Below, in pieces: positions 1 through 64,000 of a stretch of 64,000 nucleotides of DNA. The notes below the pieces were generated by a model. It saw only the letters and a program-made list of their open reading frames with translations. It made no database searches and was not told the origin of the DNA. Numbering within the stretch: the stretch's first letter is position 1; each line of letters starts with the position of its first letter. The position numbers and the translations under genes were made by a program. This DNA is from Octopus bimaculoides (taxonomy: Eukaryota): the NCBI RefSeq assembly GCF_001194135.2, contig NC_068991.1:17923059-17987058 (forward strand), read 5' to 3'.

Positions 1-457
1 CATGCTTTCCTGGAAATAGCAGTCCTTCAGTATATATATATATATATATATATACATATATATATAAGTATAACTCCATTTTAGCAACTAGTTGCTAAAA
101 TAATTGAATTACTCTCAGCTGAATGAAATGAAATGCATATAAGGCAAACAAAGGAAGCAGTTGAAAGTTGTATTTTTCGAAATTTGTGAAAGTGTATCAT
201 TGATGTGAATTTACAAGTGGCAGGCAGTTGTTGACAAATAACCACCACAAGTAGAAACATCCTGTTGTTTTCAGACATAGTGTATTTAAAGTTTAATTAT
301 GTGTCCTTTTTAAGACAGGAGGGTGAGTTTTCAGGGAAGTTGATTGCTATTTATTTAGGAGTGGTCGCATAGAGGCTGCTTGGTTTGAAGGGTATTCAGC
401 ACTTATGTCCTTTCCAGACAGCTCTCTTAAGCCAAAGAATATTTGGAAACAGTTTAA

Positions 458-678
458 CCCTTTTGCTACCAACCCAGCTGAAACTGCCTCTTGCTCTGTA
501 GTACAAATGTCTTGTTTTCAAAAGTTCTGAATTAAAATCTTCCGCCAAATCTTAGTCACAATTTATGTTCCTAACATTAGCTTAATGATAACGAAGTTAT
601 TTTACTAAATTCTTTGTCATATTTAAAATTAATTGAAAGAAACACAGATCATCTCAACAGAAATATGGCGACAAAAGG
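458..678. mobile_element. TTAA-flanked (piggyBac-like) MITE, about 220 bp
   Basis: ttaa-CCCTTTTGCTACCA ... TGGCGACAAAAGG-ttaa; relatives at 33334 and 47790. Confidence 0.65.
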
Positions 679-923
679 TTAATGTGGTTTGTATCTAATT
701 TGGACTGTTGGAAGTTAGTGGTCAGTGACGAAATTTGAGCAAGGAGGAATAATACGAGGGAATTGTGGAGTGGGAAGAGAATAGAAAAGGCTTCTATATT
801 TCATTGCTTTTTATTCTTTTTATTTTAATTTTTTAAATATATTTATTGCTTTCTGTTTTATTGCCATCTTACCTGTATCGTTCAGCCAATGAAAGAAGCA
901 CCACTTTATAATTGTTTTATATA

Positions 924-1183
924 TCATCATCATCATCGTTTAATGTCCGTTTTCCATGCTGGCATGGGTTGAATGGTTTGACTGGGGACTAGCAAGCCAA
1001 GAGGCTACACCAATTTGATCTGGCAATGTTTCTACAGCTGGATGTCCTTCCTAATGCCAACCACTCCGAGAGTGTAGTGGGTGCTTTTTACGTGCCACTG
1101 GCATGGGAGCCAGTCAGGTGGCACTGGCATCAGCCATGTTCGGATGGTGCTTTTTACATGCTACTGGCACAGGAGCCAGTCAG
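924..1183 (-). mobile_element. RTE LINE 3' tail fragment
   Basis: (CAT)n-GTTTAATGTCCGTTTTCCATGC...CTACAGCTGGATGTCCTTCCTAATGCCAACC; same family follows the RTE ORF ends at 9310 and 43586. Confidence 0.75.
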
Positions 1184-2026
1184 GAACTAGCAGAGAAACT
1201 TGGATTTGGTCAATGAACCATTCATCAACACCTGCATGCCATTAGAAAAGTCAGCAAATTGAGTCAATCAGTTCCTGACAAACTTTCTGAGTCTAATTGT
1301 ATGCAAGGAGTGAATATATGCCCTTCTTTGCTGTCACGTCTCACAAATGAATCTTTTTTAGACTGAATAGTGACTGGCAACAAGAAATGGGTTCTCTATA
1401 AAAATGTCAAGTGCTGAAGACAGTGGGTAGGGAAAGGAGAAACAGTGGCACCCCAGGCTGAAGAAAGTCTTCACCCACGTATGGTATTGTTATTTGTTTG
1501 GTGGGATATGAAAGGTTTCGTCCACTCTGAACATTTGAACCCAAACCAAATGATAACAAAGGAGATCTACTTTGAGTGGCTTGAGCGGCTTAAGTCAGTG
1601 CTAGAAGAAAAATGACCAACTTTGGTTTCAAGATGAAAGGTGTTCTTCCATCAGGATAATGCTTGACCATATATAGCGAGGATGACATTCCAAAGGCTGG
1701 AGCAGTTTGAATGGGAAACAATGCCATGCCCACCATATTCGCCAGACACTGCCCCATCTGATTATTATTTATTCCACAGTCTTCAAAATCATTTGGACAG
1801 AAAAAATATCAATTCTGTAGACAAAGTCAGAACAGTACTGGAGGAGCATTTTTCATCATGAGCAAGTGGATTTTGGAAGAAGGGCCTTGCAAATCTACCA
1901 GATGAATGGAAGAGCATTGTAGAAAATGGAGAGTATATTTTAGATTAAAAACGAACTTAATTTATCTTAATTTTGAAAGTATAAAAAGAAGTATAAAAAA
2001 TCTACATTATTTATGGGATGACCCAA
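1184..2026 (+). mobile_element. Decayed mariner transposon, 5'-truncated, with right TIR
   Basis: Translates to IVTGNKKWVLY, VWWDMKG, HQDNA, PPYSPDTAPSDY with stops; ends ACATTATTTATGGGATGACCCAA, shared with copy at 32040. Confidence 0.92.
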
Positions 2027-2774
2027 TTTTGCTATTGTACACAATTACTTTAAAAAATTTAAACATTTTAAAGTAAAAATGTTATTAGTTGTATGCCAAA
2101 TGTATAACTGGTGAAATCTGTCAAACAATCTAAAAAGATAACTCTCATAGCTTTAGTTGTCTTCCAGAACACTCCATGTTAAAATGATAATGGCTTCAGA
2201 ACATATAGAGTGTTAAAGAAAAAAATTATGATGTTGACTGAGGGGTAAAATATTTAGGTAGTTATAGTTTAATACCAGCTCAGCCATGACAAACAGCAAA
2301 GTCATTCCAACTATACTACCTCACTCCTTTTCTATCTATAGTTTTTTTGTATGAATACATTTTCTGCTGTCTCCTTTGGTTTTTGTAATATAGTAGAATG
2401 TAGTGTGAGGACAATTTGAGCAGCTGTTTTTAGCAATTCCAGTCACCATGTAGAGGCTCTCTCATTGGCTTGAATTAGTGTAGTTTTTTAACCCCAGGTC
2501 AGTCCTAAACACATTCTAGTTATGACCATTGCATTTCTTTATAAGTATCTGGACTACATTATCTGATGTGTTCTTCCTTTATTCTGAGACAGTGAGCTGT
2601 GATTTTTTGCAGGATAAGTGACCATTAAGTGAAGGTAACTTTTGGACTCATAAGGAGCTCCCTTAAGTGAAAGTAACTTTTGAACTCATAACCATGTGAC
2701 CAGTCATCCAGAACTTTAACCTCACAGTCATTGTATTCATGTTATTTTATATCTTCTTTCTTCATTTATTGCAG

Positions 2775-63247
<60,473 letters not shown>

Positions 63248-64000
63248 GTTTGTATATAATATATATATATATATAATACACATGTATATAATACACACAC
63301 ACACACACACATCATCCCCATCATCAACATCATCATTTAATGTCTGTTTTCCCATACTGACATGGGTTGGACAGTTTTACAGGCCCACTGCCTTCTGTCC
63401 TGGCAGTCATCACCTACTCTCTCCCACCTTCACTCCATCTGATGTATCATCATCTACTCCTCCACCCATGTCCAACATTCACTCCTTCTTTCCTTCATCC
63501 TTATCCAATCTCTACATTCATCACCTTTTCCCTACCTTCCCTCCATATATTTATCATCAACCACTCCTCAACTCTTATCTATTTTCCATTTTTAGCCATC
63601 ATTCACTCTCCCCATACATTCTTGCAATTTTTACCCACACCCATTCAGTATTCTTCTGTCCCCAATTATTGAATGTACCTTGAGGGTCCGCCCTGACACA
63701 TCATCACCATTATTTTATCTCTCTCTTTCTGGTTCCGCCCTGGCTATTCCCACCCACTCTTCTGTAGTGTGATTTAGGACAGTGGACGGTATATCTCACT
63801 AAAGCAAAACACCTGTGTTTGTCCTTCTATCATACTTTAACCCTGCAACAGCTGACATAAAGCCACCTTCCATCCCACCTGTCAAATACTTAACCAAGGC
63901 GGCTTTCTTTTCATTTTCTTGTCTTCATTGTCCTCCAAGTTACCTGACAACTTCAGTGACATAAAAAACACCCAGTCCATATGGTAGAGTGATTGGCATT

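Overview
AT-rich eukaryotic draft-assembly window with many N gaps and microsatellites. The repeat landscape (tRNA-headed SINEs, CORE-type SINE, RTE tails, mariners) suggests a coleoid cephalopod, probably Octopus (inference). The whole window lies inside one + strand gene, spastizin (ZFYVE26/SPG15). I assembled 31 GT-AG exons by hand (2775..63247, 7189 coding nt, about 2396 codons). Every junction is phase-compatible, the frame has no internal stop, and both ends of the gene lie outside the window. The FYVE finger and C-terminal region are clearly spastizin-like. The main surprise is a degenerate DUF547-like module (six exons, 18551..29024, running into the next exon) inside spastizin, a domain I do not know from the vertebrate protein. 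The introns hold mariner fossils (one full length with TIRs and TA TSD), hAT, TTAA and mariner MITEs, a foldback element, RTE LINE fragments, an R4/Dong-type endonuclease fragment in a (TAA)n tract, three SINE families, three near-perfect palindromes and hammerhead-ribozyme-like cores. Homology calls come from remembered motifs, not from searches.
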